Below are positions 32,870 through 43,327 of a stretch of DNA of 64,000 nucleotides, one piece after another. Made by a program: the position numbers and the translations under genes. A model generated the notes under the pieces. That model was not told where the DNA came from, searched no databases, and saw only the letters and a program-made list of their open reading frames with translations. This stretch comes from Nitrospirota bacterium. GTDB taxonomy: Bacteria; Nitrospirota; UBA9217. Numbering within the stretch: position 1 is the first letter of the stretch; every line of letters starts with the position of its first letter. The DNA lies in the NCBI GenBank assembly GCA_963818475.1, contig CAWFSF010000005.1, positions 288,001 to 352,000 of the forward strand. Direction: 5' to 3'.

Positions 32870-33502
32870 CTACTTCACGGCGATGATCAGAAAGACCGGG
32901 AAGGACCTGCTGCCACCTCCCGCGACCTCCCTCTTCATAGTTGCTGCAGTGGTATCACGAATGGAAGTAAATCCCGCATTCCTGAGCAGTCCCCCGAGAT
33001 ACTGCCGGTCAAAACCCAAATGGCGGACGCCGGTATTATCTCCATGAAATGAGCCGTCCTCAGTATCGAGGTCGGCCACTGCCAGCACTCCTCCCGGCAG
33101 CAACAATTCATGCCATTGCTTGAAAAGCCGCGCCGTATCCTGCACATGGTGAAGCGTCATGCTGCTCACGACCAGGTGGAACTTCCCCTCCACTGCTCCG
33201 CCCTGCTCAAGGTCCAGCAGACGGGTCTGCACGTTCGTGAGATGCTGCCTTACGGTCTTTGCTTGGAGCATGCCGAGCATCCCTGACGAACTGTCCGCTC
33301 CGATAATGGTCCTGACCAGCGGCTGGAGCCGGAGCGTCACCAGGCCGGTCCCGCATCCATAATCAAGGGCGTCCATCGCGGACGAAGGCCGCACCTCCCT
33401 GATGATCGCATCAACCACATCATTGGCAAGCTTGACCCGCCCCGGATTCTCGTCCCAGGCAGCCGCCTCTTTATCGAAATCTTTTTTTTCTTCAGCTTTC
33501 AC
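32870..33502 (-). CDS. Class I SAM-dependent methyltransferase
   Basis: LDYGCGTG, SSMTLHH, DLDTEDGSFH. Confidence 0.9.
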   Translation of the reverse strand: MKAEEKKDFDKEAAAWDENPGRVKLANDVVDAIIREVRPSSAMDALDYGCGTGLVTLRLQPLVRTIIGADSSSGMLGMLQAKTVRQHLTNVQTRLLDLEQGGAVEGKFHLVVSSMTLHHVQDTARLFKQWHELLLPGGVLAVADLDTEDGSFHGDNTGVRHLGFDRQYLGGLLRNAGFTSIRDTTAATMKREVAGGGSRSFPVFLIIAVK

Positions 33503-33554
33503 GATGACCTCATCTTTCTTTGACTGCCGCGGGTTTTATCCTATGACTAGGTCC

Positions 33555-34208
33555 TCATTTGCTGTCGCTCCCTGGTTTCCCGGAGACGAGCGCTTTGCGA
33601 AGCGTCATCTTGGCACCGAATTTTTTCCGGAAAGCTGCGGCCTCTTTTTCATATTCGTCCAGGATCTGGATCCTGCTCACCTCAAAAAATTCATCGCGGT
33701 AATACGTGATGGTGCCGAGATATACGGCCTTGTCGCTTTTCCGGATATCGACCTTGTACCCGGACGGCAATATCGCCTTCTCCATACCGCTTCGGTGAAG
33801 GTCCATCATAATCTCGGACCTGTTCACATAGACAGGCCCGTCATTCTTGATACGCGCGTAGAACGTCTCTCCTATGGGTGCTTCAATTCTTCCCCGGTAA
33901 TCGCTGATTTTAGGATCATTTATGGTTTGCAGCTTCTTACCGGTCAGCAGAACAACCTTGTCCTTGTAACGACTCGCTGAGGGATTGACCATGAGGCCGC
34001 CGGAAGTTGCTTTTACCGTTTTCAAAGACTGCTCGATATCATCCAGAGGCGGTGAAATAACGATTTTGCAGACCACGATCGTTTCACCGGGTTCGACCGA
34101 GCTCGCGCGAGTAGCAAGGGGCTGCGATCGTCCCATGCATCCAGCAAAAAAGGAGAATAACGTTAAAAACAGGACAAGCCGCAGGGGAGCGCCAGATGGA
34201 TTTTTCAT
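33555..34208 (-). CDS. Hypothetical lipoprotein
   Basis: Lipobox FAGC; overlaps the stop of the upstream gene. Confidence 0.7.
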   Translation of the reverse strand: MKNPSGAPLRLVLFLTLFSFFAGCMGRSQPLATRASSVEPGETIVVCKIVISPPLDDIEQSLKTVKATSGGLMVNPSASRYKDKVVLLTGKKLQTINDPKISDYRGRIEAPIGETFYARIKNDGPVYVNRSEIMMDLHRSGMEKAILPSGYKVDIRKSDKAVYLGTITYYRDEFFEVSRIQILDEYEKEAAAFRKKFGAKMTLRKALVSGKPGSDSK

Positions 34209-34744
34209 TTTAGCGCCTCAATTCTTTTTTTGATCAGCGTTTCCCACTGCGTGCCTGTACTGTAGGGAAGAAGCCTCGTCAGGACCTCTTTTTCCGTCGG
34301 TTCCTTGATCTGCTCTATGGTAAAGGACGGTTTCCAGAAGGTGCCGGTCTCCACATACTTGTATGCCCCCATGTAATACAGGCCCGCCTTCGTGATGACC
34401 ATGGCCGTTTCGTTTTTTGAGAAATCCGGAAGGTTGTAATTGGCCGACATGTTCTTCCAGTAACTGTGGCCTCCGAAGCCGACCAACTGATATGAACCGG
34501 GTATAAGCTGGTCGAACCAGAACATATTATCGACGCCTTTAGCCGTGTGGTAAGGGTTGTCCCCCTTGGGCTTTGGTTTATACTGCCTGATATTGACGTA
34601 ATCCGCATTTGTCGGTGCGTCATCCATGTCAAAGTAGCCATACACAAGAGATCCTTTCACATCTGCAGGATTGCGCATATGCGCGCCGCAGCCTGAGAGA
34701 AAAAGGACGCCGACAAACGCAACAAACCAGAGACTTCTTTTCAT
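34205..34744 (-). CDS. Hypothetical lipoprotein
   Basis: Lipobox LSGC; G-rich RBS. Confidence 0.7.
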   Translation of the reverse strand: MKRSLWFVAFVGVLFLSGCGAHMRNPADVKGSLVYGYFDMDDAPTNADYVNIRQYKPKPKGDNPYHTAKGVDNMFWFDQLIPGSYQLVGFGGHSYWKNMSANYNLPDFSKNETAMVITKAGLYYMGAYKYVETGTFWKPSFTIEQIKEPTEKEVLTRLLPYSTGTQWETLIKKRIEALK

Positions 34745-35171
34745 AATTGTCCCCCCCTTTTGTTTTGATAAACCACATGATTTTCAATTCCGTGCATTGA
34801 TCCGTATGATAAATGTTTTCAAGCGAAATAGATCAAGCAGGACCTCAGTGCGTTGGGCTGCGGAAAGCATGACTGTTAGATTATATTCATTTAGGAAAGC
34901 ATGCGTTACAAGGAAGAGAATACTAAAAAGCGGATTTCATAGCAAGAAAATAAACGGGAAAGACTCTAAATAGGCGCGCGTACGCACCCCAAACTTCTTC
35001 TCAATGCGGATTGACACCTCAAAATTGTTTTTTTTCATGGCCAAATATTGACCATGGTGTAAAAATGCTTACCAACAGAGCTGTTCGGCAGCATACGAAG
35101 AGAAGGGCTGGCACAGCGCAATTAAGGATATGAGCATGCCGATCATGACTCGAATTCGATAACTCACGACA

Positions 35172-35813
35172 TCACCTCCTTGACTGCCCCTCTACCGTCT
35201 CCGAGTGCAGAAGGCCTTCGATCTGCCGGTCCTGTTCTCTCGACAGCCCGAGCATGGCAACGACAGATCCAATAAAGCACATGAACATGTCCCATTGCGT
35301 GTCCCAGGAATCACCCTGCGTACCCAGGAAGTCATCAGCTTTCTGGCCCAGGGCCACGGCAGCGGCCCATTCGATCAACTCGTACCAGGCGCTGACTGCC
35401 AGGGCAAAGCAAATCGCCAGGAAAGAGGCCATGCGCCGGTTTGATACATACCCGAGGCGAAGAAGAAGTTCCCGCGCAAGGAGCGATGGCACAAGTCCTT
35501 GAAAAAAGTGTCCGAGCCGGTCATAGTGGTTACGGCTAAGATGAAACAAGTCTGCAAACCAGAACCCGAGAGGTACGCGCGCATAGGTGTATGCCCCGCC
35601 CGTGATCAGTATAATTGCGTGAAGAAAAATGAAAAAGTAAATGAGCGGCGTCAGGGTAAGTCGACGATACGTGAGGACCAGAATAGGTACGACAATCAGG
35701 ATCGGCGCCACTTCCATGAACCAGGTGGCTCGATCGTATGGATGAACTGCAGTGGCAATGAGTAAGCCACAGAGGATTACGAGAAAAATCATTTGGGTTC
35801 GTTCACGAGGCAT
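35172..35813 (-). CDS. DUF2238 (YjdF-like) membrane protein
   Basis: YTYARVPLG, RNHYDRLGH, FLGTQGDSWDTQWDM. Confidence 0.9.
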   Translation of the reverse strand: MPRERTQMIFLVILCGLLIATAVHPYDRATWFMEVAPILIVVPILVLTYRRLTLTPLIYFFIFLHAIILITGGAYTYARVPLGFWFADLFHLSRNHYDRLGHFFQGLVPSLLARELLLRLGYVSNRRMASFLAICFALAVSAWYELIEWAAAVALGQKADDFLGTQGDSWDTQWDMFMCFIGSVVAMLGLSREQDRQIEGLLHSETVEGQSRR

Positions 35814-35886
35814 TGTTATTAATTCCTTTCATAAGAACCGCAGCTCACGCTATAACCTCAGGCAATCTCATTTTTTTATCGGCGAA

Positions 35887-36489
35887 TTACTTCGACGAGT
35901 AATTCTGAGAGAGCATCGCGCCCGGAGATACTACCGCCTCCTCGAATGGTACCTTGTTGCCGTATCGTTCTTGCATTTTGGCTTTCACATTTGGATCCGT
36001 AAGATCAAATTCTCGAAGTTTTTGAAGTCTTCCTATCTGGATTCCGAGGGCGTTGTAATAGATCTTCCATACCAATTCAGAACAGTAAATGCGGTCATCA
36101 GCCCACTCAAAGGTGAGATCGTAAGGTTTGCCCTCATACTTTATAGCTGCGCGTACAAGCCTCGTCACGGCGTCAAGTGTTAATAATCGGTCCGCATTCC
36201 GCAAGCGTTTGACTACATAATGCCCATCTTCGCCGCGAGCAATCCACTTTTTTAATGGGGTGTACCGCACCGTTTTGACGGCTTCGTACACATATGGGCT
36301 GCCATCCCGAATAAAGATGATGCCCATGTGGCTGTACTTCGAGTTCGTTGCCTTCTGAATAGTGATACTTTGAGCGGATTTTGAAGTATGAAAGACAATA
36401 TCGCCATCTCGAAGCCGTTCTCCCATCGAGTTTTGACACCCTAATGCCACAAGAAGAATAATTGGCACGAACAAAAGTATTTTCCGCAT
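35887..36489 (-). CDS. YiiX/YebB permuted papain-like (NlpC/P60) enzyme
   Basis: GDIVFH...SHMGI...GKPYD...YCSELVWKIY (His before Cys). Confidence 0.88.
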   Translation of the reverse strand: MRKILLFVPIILLVALGCQNSMGERLRDGDIVFHTSKSAQSITIQKATNSKYSHMGIIFIRDGSPYVYEAVKTVRYTPLKKWIARGEDGHYVVKRLRNADRLLTLDAVTRLVRAAIKYEGKPYDLTFEWADDRIYCSELVWKIYYNALGIQIGRLQKLREFDLTDPNVKAKMQERYGNKVPFEEAVVSPGAMLSQNYSSK

Positions 36490-36550
36490 TAATTCCCCGT
36501 TAAATTTGGAGATGTCCTCGTGTCCATTTGGCAAGGTTTCCATGATATTT

Positions 36551-37366
36551 TCATCGTCCGGCTGAGTCACTGTTTCCTTGAATGAAGTCCGTGATCTCTT
36601 TCCACCAAGCCAAGGTCACCATCCCTTGCCAATCGTTATGACCTGCGCCTTTTATTATGTACATTTTTGCGGTTACCGGCAGTGATCGGAATAGTGCCTG
36701 TGCGTGCGGTATCGGGATCACCTCGTCCCGCTCAGCTCCAATTATTGCAATTCGTCCCTGATACTTTTTAAGGTTTCCTATTGAGTCATATTTATCCCGT
36801 AAAAATATTCGCACCGGGACCCAGGGAAGTTTTTCACTGGCTACAGAAAGAAGCGTATCCCAGGGAGTGATAAGTATGATTCCATCGATCTTAACGGGCG
36901 AATCCTTTGCAGCTGCAGCTGCAACGCCGCAGCCGAGAGATTCTCCAAAAATAAATATCGGGCCTCCGAATTTCTCTGAAACTAAGCGCAGGGTTTCCTT
37001 CGCGTCGTGCACAAACGTCTCTTCTCCCAGCTCTCCCTTCCGCCCTCCATAACCGGGATATTCCGCGAGTATCACGCGGTAGCCGAGATTGGTTAATGCT
37101 CTCACATAATATGCCCTGTCCGAGGCAGTGCCTGCATTTCCATGGAAAATTATGATCGTTCCTTTTGCCTCATTGGCTGCGGGATTACCAATGAAGCCAC
37201 GATAATCGTTTGGGTCAGTAGGCCAGAATTGCATGTTGTAAGATGAAAGGAAAGTTTGTGAGGGCAAATAGGTACTCGGGTAATAAAGCATGTTTCTTTG
37301 GAGATTACAACCGTAAAGGGTCAGAACTAAAAGTAAGAGAATTATGCGAGTGATGGTTTTGGACAT
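36551..37366 (-). CDS. Alpha/beta hydrolase lipoprotein
   Basis: FHGNAG, GESLG, DEVIP, GAGHND. Confidence 0.9.
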   Translation of the reverse strand: MSKTITRIILLLLVLTLYGCNLQRNMLYYPSTYLPSQTFLSSYNMQFWPTDPNDYRGFIGNPAANEAKGTIIIFHGNAGTASDRAYYVRALTNLGYRVILAEYPGYGGRKGELGEETFVHDAKETLRLVSEKFGGPIFIFGESLGCGVAAAAAKDSPVKIDGIILITPWDTLLSVASEKLPWVPVRIFLRDKYDSIGNLKKYQGRIAIIGAERDEVIPIPHAQALFRSLPVTAKMYIIKGAGHNDWQGMVTLAWWKEITDFIQGNSDSAGR

Positions 37367-37375
37367 ATGCTCCTT

Positions 37376-37422
37376 ACAAAACGAGTTGAGCGGTTTTTAT
37401 CGGGTCGAGCGGCCCGTTAGCG
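37376..37422 (-). mobile_element. Short, degenerate attC-like site
   Basis: CGCTAAC GGGCCGCTCGACCCG...CCGCTCAACTC GTTTTGT, directly upstream of the next gene's RBS. Confidence 0.4.
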
Positions 37423-37739
37423 TCGATCGAGTCTTCTCTAAAAAAGCTGCCGTTTCAACAACGTGGGACATGGCGAGTAAATGGCCAGCATTGCTAACAA
37501 TATCACAGCCGTTCACCGGACACAAGAGCCACCATGCCGCCAAGCGAAGAGCCGCCAACAACATCGTTTTCGTTTATTGAATTATCTGATATAACTCGCC
37601 GGGCTACTTCTGCATAGGTTTTTTCGCCACGATAGTCAGGCCAATTGATGAAGCTAATCTCGAACCCAACCGTGTGCCGAAGCGCGTTGTACATTGATGC
37701 CGATGCGCCCATTCCGGGGAGGATAATCCATTTGCTCAT
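37395..37739 (-). pseudogene. Internally deleted alpha/beta hydrolase
   Basis: PGMGA...GGSSLGGMVAL joined, with a frame change, directly to the C-terminal AGHLLAMSH. Confidence 0.6.
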
Positions 37740-37758
37740 CGATTAGGCTCACTTTCAA

Positions 37759-37817
37759 AAATAACACGCGGGTGAGCCGCGTGCTCCTTAGCGACGGATT
37801 CGACGCACCTGTTAAAT
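37759..37817 (-). mobile_element. attC integron cassette recombination site
   Basis: ATTTAAC...ACGCGGCTCACCCGCGT GTTATTT; 59 bp, imperfect palindrome. Confidence 0.7.
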
Positions 37818-37876
37818 TCTACCAAAGACTAGCTCCACAGTCCTTAGGAGTTGGCAACCTTTCGTGTGATTTTCAT

Positions 37877-38755
37877 TTATGGGGCGCTTGGCCGAATGCC
37901 TACAACCCTTGGTTCAAATAGTTTACCATAATAAAGCCTAATTTTGTACGAGGGCTCATCTTTATGCGTATCTGAGGATGAATATACTGTAGTTACGCGA
38001 TGTCCGGCCTTTGTAATGATGTCTTCCAGTTCGGTGCTCATCGGTATCGGAACGTGCACTTCAGAAATTAGGATTTCGTTGATGTACCCTTCAAGCTTAG
38101 GCAATCCTTTATTATCACTGCCATATGGCTTGGCAAACTGAAGCCTGACCTTCGCGGCCATGATGATGAAATGACTGCGGTCTGGATATTGTAGCCGAAG
38201 TTTTACAGGATCCTTGCCCACGTCAACAGCGAATAATCGTGAACGGGTTTTCAGCATGCGCTCATATTCTTCTTTGGCTTCTTTCAAATCCTTATCAGTG
38301 GCAGTGCCATTCTTATGTCTTTCTGCTACGGCCGAAAGGCTGAGCCGTTCCTGCTTGACCAGTTCATCCCATGTTTTTCCATCATACTCCAGCACTACAT
38401 ATGCTTTCCGTGGCAGCAACTTTTCATAATGAATCGCTGCATTAGTATCTGCAAGCGGCACAGAACAATCAAAGCCTGCTTCCTCGAGTTTAGCTTTATC
38501 GAACCAGTCATACTGAGACTCACCGCTCTTTCCCAGGAGGAATCTTCCATAAAAAGGATATTGATTCCAGATCAACCTCAACGAAATCCCGGTATTTTCT
38601 CTTTTTTCCTGATAGACGTCGAGCGGCAATTCCCGCTCGGTAAGTTCGACGACGGCATCAGGTTCGCCCGAACGATTGAGTATTACGCTTGCAAGGACAA
38701 TGATATTAACCAGCACAAGCAGAGCGATAGCGATATAAAGTCCGTACTTTCTCAT
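37877..38755 (-). CDS. DUF4824-family protein
   Basis: NRSGEPDAVVELTEREL, WFDKAKLEEAGF, SRLFAVDVG, LYYGKLFEP. Confidence 0.75.
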   Translation of the reverse strand: MRKYGLYIAIALLVLVNIIVLASVILNRSGEPDAVVELTERELPLDVYQEKRENTGISLRLIWNQYPFYGRFLLGKSGESQYDWFDKAKLEEAGFDCSVPLADTNAAIHYEKLLPRKAYVVLEYDGKTWDELVKQERLSLSAVAERHKNGTATDKDLKEAKEEYERMLKTRSRLFAVDVGKDPVKLRLQYPDRSHFIIMAAKVRLQFAKPYGSDNKGLPKLEGYINEILISEVHVPIPMSTELEDIITKAGHRVTTVYSSSDTHKDEPSYKIRLYYGKLFEPRVVGIRPSAP

Positions 38756-39807
38756 GCTGCCACCTCCCGGTTGAGCGTCCGCAGCCGCTTCAGCATGATC
38801 AGGAGCAGGATGGCAACAAGTCCGATAAGGAGAAAGAAAAGATATTTCGGCATCCATTCCCACCACCAGTCATAGAATTTAGTATAGAGAAATATCGCAA
38901 AAAAAGTGCTGCCCAGGTTCGTGAGTCCCGTCCATTGGCGCGCAATACCCAGCCAGATAACGAGCCCGGAGGTAATGAAGCCCGCGATCTGGTAAAGGTA
39001 CTGCACGTGTTTGTGCGAAAGTGATAAGTAACTAATGTGGCCCCAGTTCGCGAGAATGAGCATTGAGATGAAGACTGCCAGTAAACCAAATACTCGATAG
39101 TGCGGCGGGAATTCATAAAAGGAGCGATGAGGGATGAAAGATATGGCGAAGAGAATAAGACCGGCTGCGATAAAATTCTCAGGCCGCTCGCCAAAATTTA
39201 ACCAATAACAACCGCTCCAGGTCCCGACAGTCGCCGATAGATACCCGGTAAGTGCAATGATTCCTGCCACGAGTAGTATTCTAAGACCATAGGTGTATGC
39301 CAGGATAAAAGCAAATAGCGCCCATGCAAGAAAGGCATTCTGTGACGGTGTGATGTTGAATATTTGGCCCAGCACACTCAGATTCAATACAAAGCAAGCG
39401 AACGCCACAAGGCCAATAATTGCGGAGAAGTAGAGGGTCTTCTCCTTTCGCGCTGCGACTTCAACGCCGAGTGCGGCAATCATGGGCGCGATGACGAGGA
39501 TAGCGACCTGAGATGGCGTGGAAATGAACCCCCAGATACGGTAAAAGAAGAAAAACATTGCCGCTGATATGGCTGCGGCGCCTAGAAATGAAATGATCCG
39601 CATACCCATAGACACCTGCCTCTGGGCGCTCGTTGTATCTATGTCGAATTGTCCAGCTAGCAAGCGGAGCATGTCATCGTGGTATTCGAAGAGATGACGC
39701 CGCTGGTCCTGGGGCAGAGAGAGGATTTTTTCCTTTTCCAGCGTTGTTAATTCAGCCTGAAAAGCACGAATGCGATCAGCCCGTTGCTGCGCTTGTTCCT
39801 TATGCAT
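38752..39807 (-). CDS. DUF2157-domain membrane protein
   Basis: AQQRADRIRAF, LGQIFNI, KFYDWWWEWMPKY; translationally coupled to the DUF4824 gene. Confidence 0.78.
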   Translation of the reverse strand: MHKEQAQQRADRIRAFQAELTTLEKEKILSLPQDQRRHLFEYHDDMLRLLAGQFDIDTTSAQRQVSMGMRIISFLGAAAISAAMFFFFYRIWGFISTPSQVAILVIAPMIAALGVEVAARKEKTLYFSAIIGLVAFACFVLNLSVLGQIFNITPSQNAFLAWALFAFILAYTYGLRILLVAGIIALTGYLSATVGTWSGCYWLNFGERPENFIAAGLILFAISFIPHRSFYEFPPHYRVFGLLAVFISMLILANWGHISYLSLSHKHVQYLYQIAGFITSGLVIWLGIARQWTGLTNLGSTFFAIFLYTKFYDWWWEWMPKYLFFLLIGLVAILLLIMLKRLRTLNREVAA

Positions 39808-39913
39808 AATCCTCCTGTGGCCCATCTCACGATATTGATATACTGCTTATTTCTGCTTTACCAACCACCTGCGATTTTACTTTTCGAAACGCCTGGTAAG
39901 CAGGAACGATGCG

Positions 39914-41122
39914 TCAGTCCGCGCTTACTCTTTGACGGCTTCGATGAACCATAATGCCCATTGCTGACGCCAGAATTATAAGACCAAAACCCACTACCGA
40001 ACGAGTAATGGGGACCCCTGAGGCATTCGCCAGAGAGTATCCGCCGAGGAACAGCAGCATGGCAAGGTTCTCCAAAAAGTTTTGAACTGCCAGAGCATTA
40101 CCCGCACCCACGGATTTATGTCCCGTTTCCTGCAGCAGGGCGTTGAGCGGAACCACGAACACGCCGCCGCAGAATCCGACCAGGACCATCAGGAGAGCGG
40201 CAGTCGTTAGATCGTTCACCGATGCCAGCGCAAAGATAACCGGGCCCAGAAGCACGCCGCCGATCAGCGCCCGGTTCGTGGTTTCCAGAGAGATCCAGAT
40301 TCCGGCGGCAGCGGCCCCGAGAACGATTCCGAGAGATACGATGCCCATCAAGCTCGCCGGCATCTGCGTATTTGTCACCGATAATGCTACCGGTACCCAG
40401 GCAAACAACAGCAGGCGCAATGTTACGCCACTACCCCAAAAGAGACTTGTGCCGAACAGGCTGAAGCGGGCATCCGGATCAGAAAACAGGGTCCTCAAAG
40501 AAGTAATAAAGTTCGGGATCAGCAGATGCGGACGAAAAGCGGTCATTGGCCGCTCCGAATCCAGACGCGGAATAAACAAGTTCGCACCTGCAGCCAGAGT
40601 ATAGGAAGCGATCACGCCCAGGAACGCCAGGTGTAGTGAATGATCGGTCAGCCAGCCGCCCAAAAGGACTCCCAGAAGAATGGCCACGATCGTGGAACCT
40701 TCCAGCATACCATTGGCCCGAACCAGGCGGCCGTGACTTACCAGTTGCGACAGGATGCCATACTTCGCCGGTGAATAAATCGTAGCGCCTATTCCGATCA
40801 AACTGTAAGCAATGAAGGGGTTGGGCACCGTTGCCATGACCAGAGCTCCCGTCAGCTTCAGCAAATTGGCAAACAGCATTACCCTCCCCTTCGGGTATCC
40901 GTCGGCGATAGGACCGGCAAATGGCGCCAGCAATATGAAAGGGAACACGAAGGCTGCCTGCAGGAAAGGTATCTGGTGGCCGTCGCCATTGGACCTGACC
41001 AAAGCAATGGCGAGAATCAGTACCGCGTTGTCCGCAAGGGCGGAAAAGAACTGGGCTGAAAGTACTGCCAGCATTCCAGGCGAAAGCAGTGAATGGTCCT
41101 GTTTTCCCGTGGTCGTTGTCAT
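39914..41122 (-). CDS. lplT: Lysophospholipid transporter (MFS)
   Basis: AQFFSALADN, PKGRVM, YSPAKYGIL, VPLNALLQ, AVQNFLEN; directly after aas. Confidence 0.9.
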   Translation of the reverse strand: MTTTTGKQDHSLLSPGMLAVLSAQFFSALADNAVLILAIALVRSNGDGHQIPFLQAAFVFPFILLAPFAGPIADGYPKGRVMLFANLLKLTGALVMATVPNPFIAYSLIGIGATIYSPAKYGILSQLVSHGRLVRANGMLEGSTIVAILLGVLLGGWLTDHSLHLAFLGVIASYTLAAGANLFIPRLDSERPMTAFRPHLLIPNFITSLRTLFSDPDARFSLFGTSLFWGSGVTLRLLLFAWVPVALSVTNTQMPASLMGIVSLGIVLGAAAAGIWISLETTNRALIGGVLLGPVIFALASVNDLTTAALLMVLVGFCGGVFVVPLNALLQETGHKSVGAGNALAVQNFLENLAMLLFLGGYSLANASGVPITRSVVGFGLIILASAMGIMVHRSRQRVSAD

Positions 41123-43260
41123 ATGGCCTCCGCCAGCAGCTTTAAGGTAACATAATCCACTTTGCCGGTTCCCAGGAGCGGCAGCGAGTCCACCCTATGT
41201 ATTTTCCGGGGAACCGCAAGCTCCGGCACTCCGAGCTTACGGACCGATTCGACAAGTGCTTCGCGGGTGAGCGCGACGGCGGTAGTAAACAGCACGATCG
41301 CCTCGCCTCGTGCGCCGTCCGGTTGTGTAGATACACCATGCATTGCTCCGGGTGCAGCCAGGTTTGCCGCCCGTTCGACGACTTCCAAGGATACCATTTC
41401 GCCTGCCACTTTGGCAAAGCGTTTTACGCGGCCAACGATGGAGAGGTACCCCTCGTTGTCGACGGTAACGATGTCGCCGGTCTCGTACCAACCATCGCCT
41501 GCTTTTGTAGCCGTAGGCTCAAGCTTGCCTGGTGCCTCGTACCGGTAGTAACCCGACATCAGGTTTGGTCCGCGCACGGACAGCATGCCGCCCGTTGTGA
41601 TCCCCGGGACCGGCTCCAGACGGTATTCGACGGCAGGCAGGAACTGTCCAACTGTGTCCGTTCTGTAGGCCATGGGTGTGTTGACGGCCAGAACCGGCGC
41701 AGTCTCCGTTGCCCCGTACCCTTCCAGGATGCGAATACCGAATTTCTCGAACCAATGCGTGCGTACTGACTCGGACAGTTTTTCTGCGCCGGCGACCACA
41801 TACCGGAGCCGATAAAAATCGTAAGGGTGTGCATACTTGGCGTAATTCGACAAAAACGTACCCGTGCCGAAGAGAATGCTGCACCCACGATCATAAGCGA
41901 TCTCGGGGATCACCCGGTAATGCAGGGGGGATGGGTAGAGAAAAAGGTTCATTCCCGTCATGATGGGCAAAAGCGCACCTGCGGTCAGGCCGAAGGAGTG
42001 AAAGATCGGCAGCGCGTTCAGCACCTTGTCATCGCTTGAGAAATCGATGACCGAACGGATCTGCGCGATATTGGCCAGCAGGGCTCTGTGGGAAAGTACG
42101 ACGCCCTTGGGCCTTCCTTCCGATCCGGACGTGAACAGAACGACAGCCGCGCTCTCGGGGTCTCCGTTTTTTTCGACCGCTCCCGGCAGCAGCATGCTTT
42201 TCAGTATCCAAAGTTTGTCACCCAGACCGATCTCCTGCTTGAGATCCTCAACGTACAAGATAGAAACATCCTGCAACGCTGCAATATCCCCTCCGATCTT
42301 TGCCTGCTCGATGAAGGCCCTTGATGCGAATATCGTTTTGATTCGGGCTGCTATGCAGGCATCCCGCATTCCCGAAGCTCCGGCCTTGTAATTCAGCATC
42401 GCAGGGACGCGGCCCAGGGCACTGGCGCCGATAAGCATGCCGACCGTTGCGGCAAGGTTCGGCATCAGGATCCCGACACACTCGCCGGGGGCACTGCGTT
42501 TTGCTATGAGACGTCCCAGGGCAAGGGTCATCTTGAGCAGGTCCGCGTAAGAATACTCGACTTGTTTCAGGTCCTCCACGATACGGCGGCGACGACCATG
42601 GATCGACATGGCGTTCAGCAGTCCTGCATAGAGAGTCTGCTTCGGCCGGGATTCGCAAAGCATCTTCTGCATGACGCGGCGCATTGCCTCTCCAGCCATG
42701 TGCCTCCGAGACCGTGCCGTGCCGCCTTCGGTCATCGTAAGCTTGGTCGGTGCCTGTATAGAAAGCGTGACTCGGGGAAAGAGTCTGCGCGGCTGCTGTT
42801 TCGAAAGACGGCTGAACCAGGACCGTGCAGGACCGTCGAGCCGCACCGGAAGGATCGTAGCACCTGTTTTCGCGGCCACGAATGCGGGGCCATCATAGAC
42901 CTTCATTAAGGACCCGGTCACGGTGATCCTGCCCTCGGGGAAAATCACAACGGGTCGTCCCTCTTCTATCAGTTTAATCACCTTCTTCACGGCCATGGGA
43001 TTGGTGGGATCCACGGCGAGATGGTCAACCTGGCTTAGCACCATCCGGAAGAATCGGTTGCGCGTTATGCCGGTATGCACCACGAAAACGGGATCAAAAG
43101 GGAGATAGAGTCCAAGGAAAAGACCATCCAGGAAGGATTCGTGGTTTGCGATGATCATCAAACGCGAAGAATCCACCTTGCCGGAAAACCCCTCGACTCT
43201 TACCCGAAAGAGTACCCGGAACAGCCATGAGAGTGTCCAACGAACTAATTTTCTTACCAT
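41119..43260 (-). CDS. aas: Bifunctional 2-acyl-GPE acyltransferase / acyl-ACP synthetase
   Basis: NHESFLD, FPEGR, FTSGSEGRPKGV, EGYGATE, GTGKVDY. Confidence 0.93.
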   Translation of the reverse strand: MVRKLVRWTLSWLFRVLFRVRVEGFSGKVDSSRLMIIANHESFLDGLFLGLYLPFDPVFVVHTGITRNRFFRMVLSQVDHLAVDPTNPMAVKKVIKLIEEGRPVVIFPEGRITVTGSLMKVYDGPAFVAAKTGATILPVRLDGPARSWFSRLSKQQPRRLFPRVTLSIQAPTKLTMTEGGTARSRRHMAGEAMRRVMQKMLCESRPKQTLYAGLLNAMSIHGRRRRIVEDLKQVEYSYADLLKMTLALGRLIAKRSAPGECVGILMPNLAATVGMLIGASALGRVPAMLNYKAGASGMRDACIAARIKTIFASRAFIEQAKIGGDIAALQDVSILYVEDLKQEIGLGDKLWILKSMLLPGAVEKNGDPESAAVVLFTSGSEGRPKGVVLSHRALLANIAQIRSVIDFSSDDKVLNALPIFHSFGLTAGALLPIMTGMNLFLYPSPLHYRVIPEIAYDRGCSILFGTGTFLSNYAKYAHPYDFYRLRYVVAGAEKLSESVRTHWFEKFGIRILEGYGATETAPVLAVNTPMAYRTDTVGQFLPAVEYRLEPVPGITTGGMLSVRGPNLMSGYYRYEAPGKLEPTATKAGDGWYETGDIVTVDNEGYLSIVGRVKRFAKVAGEMVSLEVVERAANLAAPGAMHGVSTQPDGARGEAIVLFTTAVALTREALVESVRKLGVPELAVPRKIHRVDSLPLLGTGKVDYVTLKLLAEAI

Positions 43261-43327
43261 GTTTCCTCCTGGTCGGGATAATGTACGTGATCTTTAATTC
43301 GTGAGACCCGACCGAAAATCAAATGTC

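Noticed and set aside
35066-35092. GCCGAAC-AGCTCT-GTTGGTA mini-palindrome as an attC
   Set aside because: Far too short and lacks L boxes; could be a remnant but cannot be supported.
39884-39905. CTGCTTACCAGGCGTTTCG as the right half of an attC upstream of DUF2157
   Set aside because: No matching left half found.
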